Source: Flavobacteriales bacterium (lineage in GTDB: Bacteria > Bacteroidota > Bacteroidia > Flavobacteriales > BACL11). From it: DNA of 64,000 bases. The notes beneath the pieces were generated by a model. It was not told the DNA's origin, did no database searches, and saw only the letters and a list, made by a program, of their open reading frames with translations. Positions 19,272 through 29,726 of the stretch are shown here, one piece after another (position 1 is the first letter of the stretch; each line of letters begins with the position of its first letter). The DNA lies in assembly GCA_014381465.1 (NCBI GenBank), contig JACNLP010000027.1:1685-65684 (forward strand). Direction: 5' to 3'. A program made the position numbers and the translations under genes.

Positions 19272-20535
19272 ATATTTTTTCTTTTATGTCAATATCCGAA
19301 TAAATGTGTCCATCTCTCCAAGCGTTTTGTGCCGTATTCCAAATGCTTTTAAAATAGACAGAACGATTCAGCTGATAGTCATTATCTGTAAATTTGTTTT
19401 CCATTTTTGTAAAAGTAAAATTTAATGAATAAACATTATTCTTTTCCCCATAAATCCAACTCTCTCCTTGCTCGCTTTGATAAATAATATTTGGCGGCCC
19501 AAAGATAATCATTATCATGCCTCTATCGGTTTTCCAGCCCGCTTTATATGAGGTGAAAAAAGTATTGGCATTTTCTACTCTTTTGTAAAAAGTGCTGATA
19601 ATTTTTTTGGCTTGCTCTTTATCGCCTTTTGTTCTGCCTAGCCAAAATTCATCAATGGCTATTTTTGGGTTTTTGATTTCTTGCAGTTGAAAAAGCTCCT
19701 CATTACTGCTAATATATTGCAAAGGAGATATCATATCGTTTGCAGTATTTATTTTTGGAAAATCATTTTCAAATGATAAAATACTCATTCCATTTTCAGC
19801 TTCTTCCTTGTCTAAAATTTGATAAATCCCCTTTTCATTTATTGGTAAAATAAAGAAAGTAGTATCAGTGGTAAGCGAGAAAATATTTGCCGCTTTTATT
19901 TTTTTTGATTTTATTTCACCCACAATAAATGGCGGTTTTGCCAGAGGAAATATTTCTTTATAATATTTTACAAAGATGGTTTTTTGCTTTGTATTGTTTT
20001 GGATAAAAAGTGTGTCCGAAATGTTAAAATAGTTATTAAATTGTAATTGATTTTCCTTATCATAAACCAAAAAATCACCTTTATTGATATTGGTTTTGTC
20101 GACAATAATACTATGATTTGTTGTGCTTATTTTATGATTGTCTGTTAATTTTATTTTCAGTACATATTTTTCTCCCTCCTTTGTTTGCAAACTTATTTTT
20201 TCGTTTATTTCTGCAATGGTATCGGTTGCGATATTTTTGCTTATGCTGAAACTATCCACAGCAATATCTTCTCCTTGAAAACACAAAATCCCTGCTAATG
20301 AATAGCTAATTTTATTTTCTTTTTTGCTTGCAGAATAGACACTCAAAAAATCGCCAGTTTTTATTTTACAATAAAGGGTACTTGAAGTTTTACTATCGTT
20401 ATATACTTTGAATAATGGCAGTGTCTTTTTTATACTTTCAGTATAAATAAAAGCACGATTTTGCAGATTATTTTTCTTTCCAAAGGTGCAGGCGCTAAGC
20501 AGAAGGATGAAAATGAAGAATTTACTCCTCATCAT
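19222..20535 (-). CDS. GWxTD domain-containing lipoprotein
   Basis: Lipobox LSAC; GWKTDRGMI.IIFGPP motif; start uncertain (20535/20532). Confidence 0.8.
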   Translation of the reverse strand: MMRSKFFIFILLLSACTFGKKNNLQNRAFIYTESIKKTLPLFKVYNDSKTSSTLYCKIKTGDFLSVYSASKKENKISYSLAGILCFQGEDIAVDSFSISKNIATDTIAEINEKISLQTKEGEKYVLKIKLTDNHKISTTNHSIIVDKTNINKGDFLVYDKENQLQFNNYFNISDTLFIQNNTKQKTIFVKYYKEIFPLAKPPFIVGEIKSKKIKAANIFSLTTDTTFFILPINEKGIYQILDKEEAENGMSILSFENDFPKINTANDMISPLQYISSNEELFQLQEIKNPKIAIDEFWLGRTKGDKEQAKKIISTFYKRVENANTFFTSYKAGWKTDRGMIMIIFGPPNIIYQSEQGESWIYGEKNNVYSLNFTFTKMENKFTDNDYQLNRSVYFKSIWNTAQNAWRDGHIYSDIDIKEKIYEQERRQRQSQLYFWY

Positions 20536-21718
20536 TTTTTTTGTCTTTAAAACTGATTTTTGCATCAATTTCAGGAATTTCTCTAATTTCTATTTCTTTA
20601 TTAAGTTGAATTCTTTTGTCAATCAATTCTTGAGTTAATATTTGCTTATTTCTTTTTTCCATAGGTGGGTTTAATTTTTCCGCACCTTCAAATTCTATTA
20701 CACTTTTTAGTATTTCTCTAGGTAATTGGTTGCTCGCTTTTTTCAAGGTATCTAAAAATTCTTCAGCAAAGTATTGGTCAATTTGAATTCTTCTTTTTGT
20801 TGTATGTGCAAATTTCCCAATTATTCTGCAAATATCATCTCTTTCTTCAGGACTTAATTTTTCAACCAATTGGAATTCTTGTATTTTTCTTAAACTAATA
20901 ATAATTGGTTCAATCGCATCTTTTGTAATTACATATACATTATAGTCTCCCATATTGTAAGTGAATTGCTTAATTGTATGCAATGTGTTTGTTGGAATTA
21001 CCAAGAATAATTCCTTTTTTACATCTTTGTGTTTGGCATATTTTTTAAGGTTGTCTGTTTGGTTTTTTATGTAATTTGGGAAATTACTCAAATCATCATT
21101 TGATGGGCTTTTGGAGTCAAAGATTATATATTGTTCTGAAATTTTAACTGTATTGTCAGGTTTGTTTCTGGGATAAGGAAAATCTTCTTGAGGGATGTAA
21201 GTTAAAATATGATTTTTGCAAATCATTTGAATGTGATTCTCTATATCTTTTTCGTGTTCTCCCCATTGTTTTTTCATGCTTTCAAATTGGGCTTCTTTTT
21301 CTGCTACTCTTTCATCATTTAATCGTTCTTTTTCTTTTTCTAATGATTCTTGTAGCGCATTACTTTTGTCTAGTGATTTTCTTAATGCTTCATTTCTAGC
21401 ATCCTCCTTATTTTCAAGTGTTGTTACTTTTGTTTTTAATATGTTTCGTTCTTGTTCTACTGATTTTAAGCGTTCTTCAGCTTGTGTTTTTTCAGTTTTT
21501 ATTTGCTCAAATGAACTCATTTTAGCATTTACAATATCTGTGTTTTGTTCTAAATTATTAATCTTCTCATCTCTTGTTGCTAGGTCTTTTTCTAATTCCG
21601 AAATTCTTTTTTTATCATCTTCCGTATTGTCATTGGTGACAATCTCTTTTTTCAGGTAAAGAGCAGTAAATCCTCCAATAATTAATATTGCTAAAATAAT
21701 GTATCCCATGTATTCCAT
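20522..21718 (-). CDS. RmuC-like protein (TM + coiled coil + PD-(D/E)XK nuclease-like domain)
   Basis: N-terminal TM, long coiled coil, WGE, KPD...IIFDSK motif. Confidence 0.6.
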   Translation of the reverse strand: MEYMGYIILAILIIGGFTALYLKKEIVTNDNTEDDKKRISELEKDLATRDEKINNLEQNTDIVNAKMSSFEQIKTEKTQAEERLKSVEQERNILKTKVTTLENKEDARNEALRKSLDKSNALQESLEKEKERLNDERVAEKEAQFESMKKQWGEHEKDIENHIQMICKNHILTYIPQEDFPYPRNKPDNTVKISEQYIIFDSKSPSNDDLSNFPNYIKNQTDNLKKYAKHKDVKKELFLVIPTNTLHTIKQFTYNMGDYNVYVITKDAIEPIIISLRKIQEFQLVEKLSPEERDDICRIIGKFAHTTKRRIQIDQYFAEEFLDTLKKASNQLPREILKSVIEFEGAEKLNPPMEKRNKQILTQELIDKRIQLNKEIEIREIPEIDAKISFKDKKNDEE

Positions 21719-21735
21719 AAGTATTTTTTTTTAGA

Positions 21736-22338
21736 TTATAAAATGAGCACTAATGTACCGATTTTTACTTTATCAAAGAGTTCAATTACGGCTTTATTTT
21801 TCATTCTTATACAGCCGTGTGAAGCGGGCTTTCCTAATCTTCCTTCTTCTGAGGTGCCATGAATGTAAATGTAGCGTTTGTAGGAATCAATTCCTTCTCC
21901 TTTATTTTTACCTTTTTCTAAACCCTCTAACCAAAGTATTCTACTTGTCACATCATCTGTTTTACTTTTGCTGTCGTCCTTATATATGGTAGCAATTTCT
22001 CCATAAAAAACCCTACCAATCATTCTGCCATTTATAGGTGTTTCTTCTCCATATTTTTGTTTTACTTTATGTAGGCCAAGAGGCGTTTTGTTGCTTCCTG
22101 CTTTGCTTCCTGTCCCATATTCAGAGGACGAAATCACAAAGGTTTTTACAATTTTATTTTTTTTAATATGATACATTTTCTGCTTAGCAATACTTACAAA
22201 CAAAACTTCATCAAAGCTTTTATTGCATTTGTTTTCAATGTAGTTTTTAGCGGTTTCTATTATCTGCTCTTGTCCAAAACAAGCCAATGCAAAAAATAAA
22301 AATGTTATAAGTAAAATTCTTTTTATCATATTTTCCAA
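21736..22338 (-). CDS. L,D-transpeptidase (YkuD family)
   Basis: TPLG, IYIHGT, ASHGCIRM catalytic motif. Confidence 0.88.
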   Translation of the reverse strand: MENMIKRILLITFLFFALACFGQEQIIETAKNYIENKCNKSFDEVLFVSIAKQKMYHIKKNKIVKTFVISSSEYGTGSKAGSNKTPLGLHKVKQKYGEETPINGRMIGRVFYGEIATIYKDDSKSKTDDVTSRILWLEGLEKGKNKGEGIDSYKRYIYIHGTSEEGRLGKPASHGCIRMKNKAVIELFDKVKIGTLVLIL

Positions 22339-23003
22339 TCGATTTCTTTTAATCCTTGCTCGGTCAATAATTTATTGGTTTTCGAAAAATGCTTACAACC
22401 AAAAAATCCAGAATAAGCAGAGAAAGGGGAGGGGTGAGGGGAAGTTAAAATATAATGTTTGTTTTTATCAATCAGCTCTGCTTTATCCTGTGCAAATCTT
22501 CCCCAAAGCAGGAAAATAACCCCTTCTTTTTTTTCTGAAATCTCCTGAATTACGCTATTTGTAAACTGTTCCCAGCCTTTTTTCTGGTGTGATCCGGCTT
22601 CTTTTGCTCTAACGGTTAAGGTAGCATTCAAAAGTAGAACGCCTTGCTTTGCCCAAGTAGACAAATTTCCAGTTTCAGGAATAGGGAGCTTTAAATCAGA
22701 GGCAATTTCTTTAAAAATGTTTTTCAGTGAGGGGGGTTGTTTCATTCCATCTGGGACTGAAAAGGATAAGCCATGCGCTTGCCCTATTCCATGATAAGGA
22801 TCTTGCCCTAGAATCACCACTTTTACCTTGTTAAGAGGGGTGTAATTAAAAGCATTAAAGATGTCTTTCCCTTTTGGGAAAATGGTGTGTTGTTTTTTTT
22901 CATCAAGTAAAAATTGCTTTAACTCCAAAAAATAATTTTTGTTAAACTCATCTGAGAGAATTGTTTTCCAACTAGTTTCTATTTGTGGCTTGATTATGGA
23001 CAT
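22326..23003 (-). CDS. ung: Uracil-DNA glycosylase
   Basis: GQDPYH, PPSL, HPSPFS motifs. Confidence 0.96.
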   Translation of the reverse strand: MSIIKPQIETSWKTILSDEFNKNYFLELKQFLLDEKKQHTIFPKGKDIFNAFNYTPLNKVKVVILGQDPYHGIGQAHGLSFSVPDGMKQPPSLKNIFKEIASDLKLPIPETGNLSTWAKQGVLLLNATLTVRAKEAGSHQKKGWEQFTNSVIQEISEKKEGVIFLLWGRFAQDKAELIDKNKHYILTSPHPSPFSAYSGFFGCKHFSKTNKLLTEQGLKEIDWKI

Positions 23004-23112
23004 TTGTTATTAAAAAAAGAGTATTCAAAGATAAATAATCTAATTTTAAAAACAGTAAGTAATGAAAAACAAAATTCGTATTTTTGCGTTTAATTAAAAA
23101 ATCGAACTTGCC

Positions 23113-23238
23113 ATGAATAAAAAATATATCCTTATATCAGTTGTTTTACTTTTTGTACTTGTTCTTTCTTCTTGTGGTGTGTATGAGCAATGCCCTGGTG
23201 CAGGAAGTACGGAAAAACATACTGAGTCAAACGCTTAA
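23113..23238 (+). CDS. Small 41-aa lipoprotein (below ORF-track cutoff)
   Basis: MNKKYILISVVLLFVLVLSSCGVYEQCPGAGSTEKHTESNA*; lipobox LSSC; TAnnTTTG-like element upstream; co-oriented with the downstream genes. Confidence 0.6.
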   Translation: MNKKYILISVVLLFVLVLSSCGVYEQCPGAGSTEKHTESNA

Positions 23239-23252
23239 TTTATTATAAAAAT

Positions 23253-24035
23253 ATGAAGAAAATAAGCTTCATATTATTTCTTTTCCCATTTTTTGTTTTT
23301 TCGCAAGAACCACTAAAACGAGCTGAAAAAATTCTTTACAAACATCAAAGAAATTTTGGAGTGAATGTGCATTCTCTGGGTTGGGGTTTGCATGGTAGAA
23401 GGGTTTGGAATGATAATGTTAGATGGCAACATTTTTTGGAGGTGGATATTGTGAGCTTGAAACATCCTAAACAAATAAAGACTATCAATACTTTTTTTAG
23501 TGATGCAAAAGGCTATGATTACGGAAAACAAAACTCTACTTTTTTATTTAGAAGCGGTTTTGGAAAGGAAAGAATTCTTTTTGATAAGCCAGATTTTGGA
23601 GGGATTACTATTAGTGTAATTGGTGCAGCAGGAGTTAGTTTGGCGTTTTTAAACCCAGTTTATTTAGAGATACTTTATCAAGATGATATTACAAAAGAGT
23701 TTTATGTTGAAACAGAAAAATATGATCCAATTAATCCTAACCACACTCCTTATAATATTTTTGGTCGTGCTTCCTATTTTAAAGGTTTTAATGAGATGAA
23801 ATTGCAATTTGGTGGCTATTTTAAAGCAGGGTTTAACTTTGAATTCTCTAAAAAGGATAATGCAATACGCTCTATAGAAACAGGAGTGATAATTGATGCT
23901 TTTAAAGTAGGGGAAAATGCAATACTAAAAAATGCAATTGGTAAAGAGCTTCCAATTATGGCTTTTACCAATAATAAAAATAACTTCCTTACATTTTATA
24001 TTAATATGAATTTTTTCTTTGGGAAGAAATGGTAA
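23253..24035 (+). CDS. Hypothetical outer-membrane beta-barrel-like protein
   Basis: Signal peptide, amphipathic strands, C-terminal FFGKKW. Confidence 0.6.
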   Translation: MKKISFILFLFPFFVFSQEPLKRAEKILYKHQRNFGVNVHSLGWGLHGRRVWNDNVRWQHFLEVDIVSLKHPKQIKTINTFFSDAKGYDYGKQNSTFLFRSGFGKERILFDKPDFGGITISVIGAAGVSLAFLNPVYLEILYQDDITKEFYVETEKYDPINPNHTPYNIFGRASYFKGFNEMKLQFGGYFKAGFNFEFSKKDNAIRSIETGVIIDAFKVGENAILKNAIGKELPIMAFTNNKNNFLTFYINMNFFFGKKW

Positions 24036-24883
24036 AACAAAGTAAAATACGAAAGCCGACTTGGCTAAAAGTAAAACTTCCAACAGGAAAAGCTTACAAG
24101 CAAGTAAAATCTTTGGTGAAAGGGTATAGTTTGCATACTATTTGCGAAAGTGGTCATTGCCCTAATATAGGTGAATGTTGGGGTGAGGGTACTGCCACTT
24201 TTATGATTCTGGGAAATATTTGTACTCGTTCTTGTGGGTTTTGTAATGTGCAAACTGGAAGACCACTTCCAGTAGATTACAATGAGCCCAAAAGAGTAGC
24301 AGAATCCGTTTGTTTAATGAAAGTAAAACATGCAGTAATTACCTCTGTAGATAGAGATGATTTGCCTGATGGTGGGGCAGAGATTTGGGCAATGACAATA
24401 AATGAGATTAGAAAACAAAATTCTAATACTACTATTGAAACTTTAATTCCTGATTTTAAAGCTCACTCAAGCCAAATTCAGAAAATAATTGATGTAAAAC
24501 CAGAAATTGTATCGCACAATATGGAAACAGTAAAACGATTAACTAAAAAAGTGCGCATTCAAGCAAAATACGAAAGAAGTTTGAAAACACTTGAAATATT
24601 AAAAAAAGGGGGGATGAAAACAAAATCTGGTATAATGCTTGGTCTTGGAGAAACAGAGAAAGAGATAATAGAAACAATGTACGATTTAAGAAATGTTGGC
24701 GTATCAATACTTACTATGGGGCAATATTTGCAACCAACAAGCAAACACTTGACTGTTGTGGAGTTTATAAAGCCAAAACAATTCCAAAAACTAAAAGGAA
24801 TTGGTTTGAAGATGGGTTTTCAAGTGGTGGAAAGCGGGCCATTAGTTCGCTCTTCTTATCATGCAGAAAAGCATCTTCTTTAA
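24029..24883 (+). CDS. lipA: Lipoyl synthase
   Basis: [20 protein letters not shown] and RSSY motifs. Confidence 0.96.
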   Translation: MVKQSKIRKPTWLKVKLPTGKAYKQVKSLVKGYSLHTICESGHCPNIGECWGEGTATFMILGNICTRSCGFCNVQTGRPLPVDYNEPKRVAESVCLMKVKHAVITSVDRDDLPDGGAEIWAMTINEIRKQNSNTTIETLIPDFKAHSSQIQKIIDVKPEIVSHNMETVKRLTKKVRIQAKYERSLKTLEILKKGGMKTKSGIMLGLGETEKEIIETMYDLRNVGVSILTMGQYLQPTSKHLTVVEFIKPKQFQKLKGIGLKMGFQVVESGPLVRSSYHAEKHLL

Positions 24884-24969
24884 TTTTTTTTATTATAAAG
24901 CTGCATTTATGTTTTTAATGGATAATTACTATATTTGTTTCCTTGAAAATTAACAAATAATTAAGTCAA

Positions 24970-27462
24970 ATGAAAAAAAGAATTTTACCTATTATTTTAA
25001 GTACTTTGTTTTTTGCAAACCTATCGTATGCACAAGGTACTTGTGGTTCATACAAAGGTTATTTGCAAGATGACATTAAAAAACATCCTGAATTTTATCA
25101 AAATTTGCAGCAACAAAATGCTGAATTAGAAAAAGCAAATGAAGGATTCTTGAAAAACATCAATAGAGCAAAATCTATTGAGCAGGGAAAAAGAATTATA
25201 CCTGTTGTGGTGCATGTAATTCATGAAATGGGTAATGAAAACATTCCTGTTTCTGATATACAAAATGCATTGGATGCCCTTAATAAAAATATAAATGGGC
25301 AATCGGATAAATTTTTGGATAAATACCAAAATCAATTTCCACTTACTCCGGATGTGTTTGCTGCCGTAAGAGGTGAAGCAAATGTAGAGTTTCGTTTGGC
25401 AAAGTTGGATCCACAAGGCAATCCTACTAATGGTGTGCTTAGAGTGCAATCTGATTTTACTAATGGAACAGATCCAAACAATTTGGTAAAAACGCTTAGT
25501 TATTGGAATTCATACCAATATTTTAATATTTGGGTGGTAAGAACTATCAATTCAGGTGATGGCGGAATAACTTTGGGTTATGCTCAATTTCCTCAGGGTG
25601 GTTTTATGTCCACTGATGGGGTAGTCATTCTATGGAATGAAATGAATGATCCTCAATCTACTACCTTAACACATGAAGCAGGGCATTGGTTGGGCCTTTG
25701 CCACACTTGGGATTGTGGAGGAGGCTCATGTGGAACAGATAATGTGCTAGATACACCTCCACAACATACGTCAAATGGTTTTACTACTGATCCTGGAGCA
25801 GATCCTGGTGTGCCAGATCCATCTAAATTCCCATGGCATGTTGGTGTTCCTTCTGGTGTTATTTATGGTTGTGAAGCAGATTCTTTAAATTGGGCTGGAG
25901 AGATGTATATGAATTATATGGATTATACAAATGATAATTTTTGCACAATGTTTTCTAAAGGACAAGTAGAAGTTATGAATGAAACTCTTGAGGGCGATAC
26001 GGCAGATTTTGGTTTCAGAATTCATATTTGGTCAGATGATAACATTGCAGCAACTGGTACTATTGATGGTTTTTTATCACCATCTTGTGATAAAGAAGTT
26101 TCTTTTGATGAAGACCTATCGCATTACACAATTTGTGTTGGTTCTCCCTCTGTACTTAAAGGAAATAAATCAATTTTTGGGAATAATATTACAAAATGGG
26201 AATGGGATTTTGGAGATGGAAATACGGATGTTACTGGGAATAATTCTCCACAGCATACTTATGCTGTTGAGGGTTCTTATAATCTTAGTTTAAAGGTTGA
26301 ATATAGTGAAACTACAGAGGCAAAAGCATATAATTTATCAGATTTGGATTTAACAAATGCCTCATCTTACGATTCAATTATTTCAACTCTGATAGTACAA
26401 GGTACACAAGCAGAACTAAATACAATGGGTGCTTCCAATATTTCTCCACATACTATTGATAGTTTGGGTGTTTACTATGATATGCAGGACTCTACTTTTT
26501 ACAGAGGAGAATTAGATGAAACTATTTATGTTGCTTATTATATTAATAGCTGTTCCTCTACAATTACAAAATCTAATTTTATAACTGTTATGCCGTCAGT
26601 TGGTAGTAATAATGCTTCTTCTTATAATTATAGTTTTGAAAATGCTTCTGAGCTTGGTACGGACTGGATAATTAATGCTTCAGTGGATGGCGAGAATATT
26701 TGGAATTTTACAACTTTTGAAGATAAAACTTGGGAGAATACTAATAGAGCTGCATCTGAAGGAAATTCATCTGTGATGATGCCGGCAAAAGATGGTGCGA
26801 TATTAAGTACCTCATCTATTAGTTCTGCTGCTTATGATTTAAGCGGACTTACTAATCCTGCTATTAAATTTTCATGGGCAGGAGCGGCAGCCAATACATC
26901 TCCAGTAAATGAGTTGAATGTGTATTACTCTGATAATTGCGGTTGGAGTTGGAAATCTCTTGGCTCACTTACTCCTTATCAAGTAGCAAGTGCGGGTTTA
27001 TATAATAGCAGTTTTATGCCAAAAAATTATGAATGGAATGATAGTATTATGTATGATAGAATAGGAACAAATGCTTTAAAAAGCGAAAATATTAGATTCA
27101 AATTTGAGTATGTTACAAATGGCTCGAGCAATAATTTTTACTTAGATAATATTCAGATTGGTGAGGAATCATCATTATTACAAAATGTTAATGAAAATAA
27201 TGCGAGATTAGAAATTTTCCCAAATCCAACTAATGGAGAAGCAACAATTGTATTAGAGAATTTAAATGATATGAATGTTCAGGTGGAATTAGTAAACATT
27301 TTAGGAGCTGAGGTTATGCTACTATATACAGGAACAGTAGTTAATAAATATCATGCTATTGATGCCAATTTAAGCAATTTGGAAAACGGCATTTACTTTG
27401 TAAATGTTTTCTCAGATGGGAAGTCGGTTGTAACAGATAAAATTATTTTATACAGTAAATAA
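24970..27462 (+). CDS. M43 (pappalysin/ulilysin-like) zinc metalloprotease with PKD domain and T9SS CTD
   Basis: IPVVVHV, HEAGHWLGLCHT, NYMDY Met-turn, WDFGDG PKD, IFPNP CTD. Confidence 0.88.
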   Translation: MKKRILPIILSTLFFANLSYAQGTCGSYKGYLQDDIKKHPEFYQNLQQQNAELEKANEGFLKNINRAKSIEQGKRIIPVVVHVIHEMGNENIPVSDIQNALDALNKNINGQSDKFLDKYQNQFPLTPDVFAAVRGEANVEFRLAKLDPQGNPTNGVLRVQSDFTNGTDPNNLVKTLSYWNSYQYFNIWVVRTINSGDGGITLGYAQFPQGGFMSTDGVVILWNEMNDPQSTTLTHEAGHWLGLCHTWDCGGGSCGTDNVLDTPPQHTSNGFTTDPGADPGVPDPSKFPWHVGVPSGVIYGCEADSLNWAGEMYMNYMDYTNDNFCTMFSKGQVEVMNETLEGDTADFGFRIHIWSDDNIAATGTIDGFLSPSCDKEVSFDEDLSHYTICVGSPSVLKGNKSIFGNNITKWEWDFGDGNTDVTGNNSPQHTYAVEGSYNLSLKVEYSETTEAKAYNLSDLDLTNASSYDSIISTLIVQGTQAELNTMGASNISPHTIDSLGVYYDMQDSTFYRGELDETIYVAYYINSCSSTITKSNFITVMPSVGSNNASSYNYSFENASELGTDWIINASVDGENIWNFTTFEDKTWENTNRAASEGNSSVMMPAKDGAILSTSSISSAAYDLSGLTNPAIKFSWAGAAANTSPVNELNVYYSDNCGWSWKSLGSLTPYQVASAGLYNSSFMPKNYEWNDSIMYDRIGTNALKSENIRFKFEYVTNGSSNNFYLDNIQIGEESSLLQNVNENNARLEIFPNPTNGEATIVLENLNDMNVQVELVNILGAEVMLLYTGTVVNKYHAIDANLSNLENGIYFVNVFSDGKSVVTDKIILYSK

Positions 27463-27484
27463 TATAAGAAGTTTTAAAATAAAG

Positions 27485-27510
27485 AAAAGCCCTCATGGAG
27501 GGCTTTTTTT
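27485..27510. terminator. Bidirectional intrinsic terminator
   Basis: AAAAGCCCTC-ATG-GAGGGCTTTT between convergent genes. Confidence 0.8.
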
Positions 27511-27528
27511 ATTTGCTAAAATTTAGCC

Positions 27529-28281
27529 TTAGTTGTTTGTGAAATATTTGAGTTCTAGTTTTTCTCCATCAAAAACTGCATAAGAGTTATAGTGAATCCA
27601 ATCGCCCAAATTGATGTATTTGCTAGCTGAATCAATATCAATTTCTAATGCTAAATGCCGGTGACCAAATACATAATAATCTACTGGATTTTCTTTTTGT
27701 TTTTCCTTACAATAACTTACCAGCCATTCTTTGTCTTCTCCCAAAAATGGTTCAGGATTTTCTTGGTTTGCAATTCTGCTTCTTTGTGACCAAAATTGTG
27801 CAATTCCAATACCAAAATTGGGGTGCAAGCGGGAAAAAAACCATTGACAAAATTTAGATGCAAATATTTTCTTGATAAGTTTATAGCCTATATCGCCAGG
27901 TCCTAATCCATCTCCATGCGCTAAGAATATTTTTCTCCCATTTTCTTCTAGTAAGGTTCTATCGTTAATTATTTTTACACCTATTTCTTTTGGCAAGTAA
28001 TCGTACATCCACATGTCATGATTTCCTTTTAGAATATAAATTTCCGTGCCACTATCAGTAAGCTGGGCAAGCTTTCCCAATAGGCGAACAAATCCCTTTG
28101 GAACTACTGTTTTGTATTCAAACCAAAAGTCAAAAATATCTCCCAAAAGATAAATGCTTTTGGCATCTTCTTTGATGCTATCGAGCCAACTTACAATTAA
28201 CCTCTCACGCACCAAACTATCTTTATGTGTTGGAACGCCTAAATGAAAATCAGAAGCAAAATATATTTTGTTTTTTATCAT
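27529..28281 (-). CDS. lpxH: UDP-2,3-diacylglucosamine diphosphatase
   Basis: SDFHLG, GDIFDFW, GNHD, HGDG, GHRH metallophosphoesterase motifs. Confidence 0.85.
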   Translation of the reverse strand: MIKNKIYFASDFHLGVPTHKDSLVRERLIVSWLDSIKEDAKSIYLLGDIFDFWFEYKTVVPKGFVRLLGKLAQLTDSGTEIYILKGNHDMWMYDYLPKEIGVKIINDRTLLEENGRKIFLAHGDGLGPGDIGYKLIKKIFASKFCQWFFSRLHPNFGIGIAQFWSQRSRIANQENPEPFLGEDKEWLVSYCKEKQKENPVDYYVFGHRHLALEIDIDSASKYINLGDWIHYNSYAVFDGEKLELKYFTNN

Positions 28282-29726
28282 TTATCTAATATTTCCCTTA
28301 GCATTTGGTTACAAAGTTTGGGGTCAGCTTTTCCCTTTGATAGTTTCATTACTTCCCCCATAAAAAGCCCAATAAGTCCTTTTTTCCCATTTTTGTATTC
28401 TTCCACTTTTTCTGGATATTTTACAATGGCTTGTCTTATAAATTCACTTAAAGCGCTACTATCACTTTCTTGTATCCAATTATTTTTTGTTGCAATCTTA
28501 TCAGCTGAATCATTGCTTTTAAGCATAGCAGCAAACACCTTAGATGTTGCTAGCGTATTACTCACTTTTCCACTATCAACTAATGTAATAAGCTGGGCTA
28601 ATCGCTCAGGAAGAATAGTAAAATCAGCAATATCAGTGGCGGTTTCGTTGAGGTATGATTTTACACTTCCCATTACAAAATTTGCCGCCATTTTATAGTT
28701 TTTGGTGCAGTTACAAAGGGAGTTAAAATAAAGGGCGATTCCTTTTTCATCTACCAAAATATTCGCATCATAATCCGACAAATCAAATTCTTTGGTAAAT
28801 TTTTGGAATAATTCTTTTGGTAATGGAGGCAGTGCCTTTTTTACTTTTTCAATGTAATTTTGCGTAATAATTACCGGCTGCAAATCTGGTTCCGGAAAGT
28901 AACGATAATCGTTTGCTTCCTCTTTGTGACGCATACTGATGGTGGAGTTGTTTGCTGCATTAAAACTTCTTGTTTCGTGCTTTATTTTCTCTCCATTTTC
29001 AAGTAAGGCAATTTGTCTTTTTACTTCAAATTCAATGGCTTTTTTTACATTTCTGGTAGAATTCATATTTTTTACTTCTACCTTGGTACCAAACTCTTTT
29101 GCCCCTTTTAACCTTACCGAAATATTGGCATCACACCTTAAACTTCCTTCTTCCATATTTCCATCACAAATCTCTAAATAACGCACCAATTTTCGCACTT
29201 CATTAATGTAATTGTAGGCCTGATTGGCAGATCGAATATCTGGTTCAGAAACAACCTCCACTAGTGGAACACCAGCTCGATTAAGGTCAATTAGTGTATT
29301 AAAAGGGTCTAAGTCATGTATACTTTTTCCAGCATCTTCTTCCATGTGAATTCTTGTGAGTTTAATTTCTTTCATTTTGCCATTATCATCTTTTATCTCA
29401 ATTGTTCCTCCACTGCAAATTGGGGTTTTGTCTTGGGTAATTTGATAGCCCTTTGGCAGGTCGGCATAAAAATAATTTTTTCTGGCATATTCATTTCTCT
29501 CACGGATTTTAGCCCCAACTGCAACCCCTAATTTCACTGCATATTCTATTACCTTTTTATTTGCTTTTGGAAGCGTGCCAGGATGCCCTAAAGTGATGAC
29601 AGAGGTTTTAGTATTAGGAGTTGCTCCATAAATATTCTCATCAGAAGAATAGGCTTTGGTTTTGGTTAAAAGTTGCGCATGCACTTCCAAGCCAATTACA
29701 ACTTCATATTTATTACTTACATTCAT
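28278..29726 (-). CDS. gatB: Asp/Glu-tRNA amidotransferase subunit B
   Basis: IGLEVH, RKNYFY.DLPKGYQI, LRCDAN.S, YRYFPEPDL motifs. Confidence 0.95.
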   Translation of the reverse strand: MNVSNKYEVVIGLEVHAQLLTKTKAYSSDENIYGATPNTKTSVITLGHPGTLPKANKKVIEYAVKLGVAVGAKIRERNEYARKNYFYADLPKGYQITQDKTPICSGGTIEIKDDNGKMKEIKLTRIHMEEDAGKSIHDLDPFNTLIDLNRAGVPLVEVVSEPDIRSANQAYNYINEVRKLVRYLEICDGNMEEGSLRCDANISVRLKGAKEFGTKVEVKNMNSTRNVKKAIEFEVKRQIALLENGEKIKHETRSFNAANNSTISMRHKEEANDYRYFPEPDLQPVIITQNYIEKVKKALPPLPKELFQKFTKEFDLSDYDANILVDEKGIALYFNSLCNCTKNYKMAANFVMGSVKSYLNETATDIADFTILPERLAQLITLVDSGKVSNTLATSKVFAAMLKSNDSADKIATKNNWIQESDSSALSEFIRQAIVKYPEKVEEYKNGKKGLIGLFMGEVMKLSKGKADPKLCNQMLREILDK

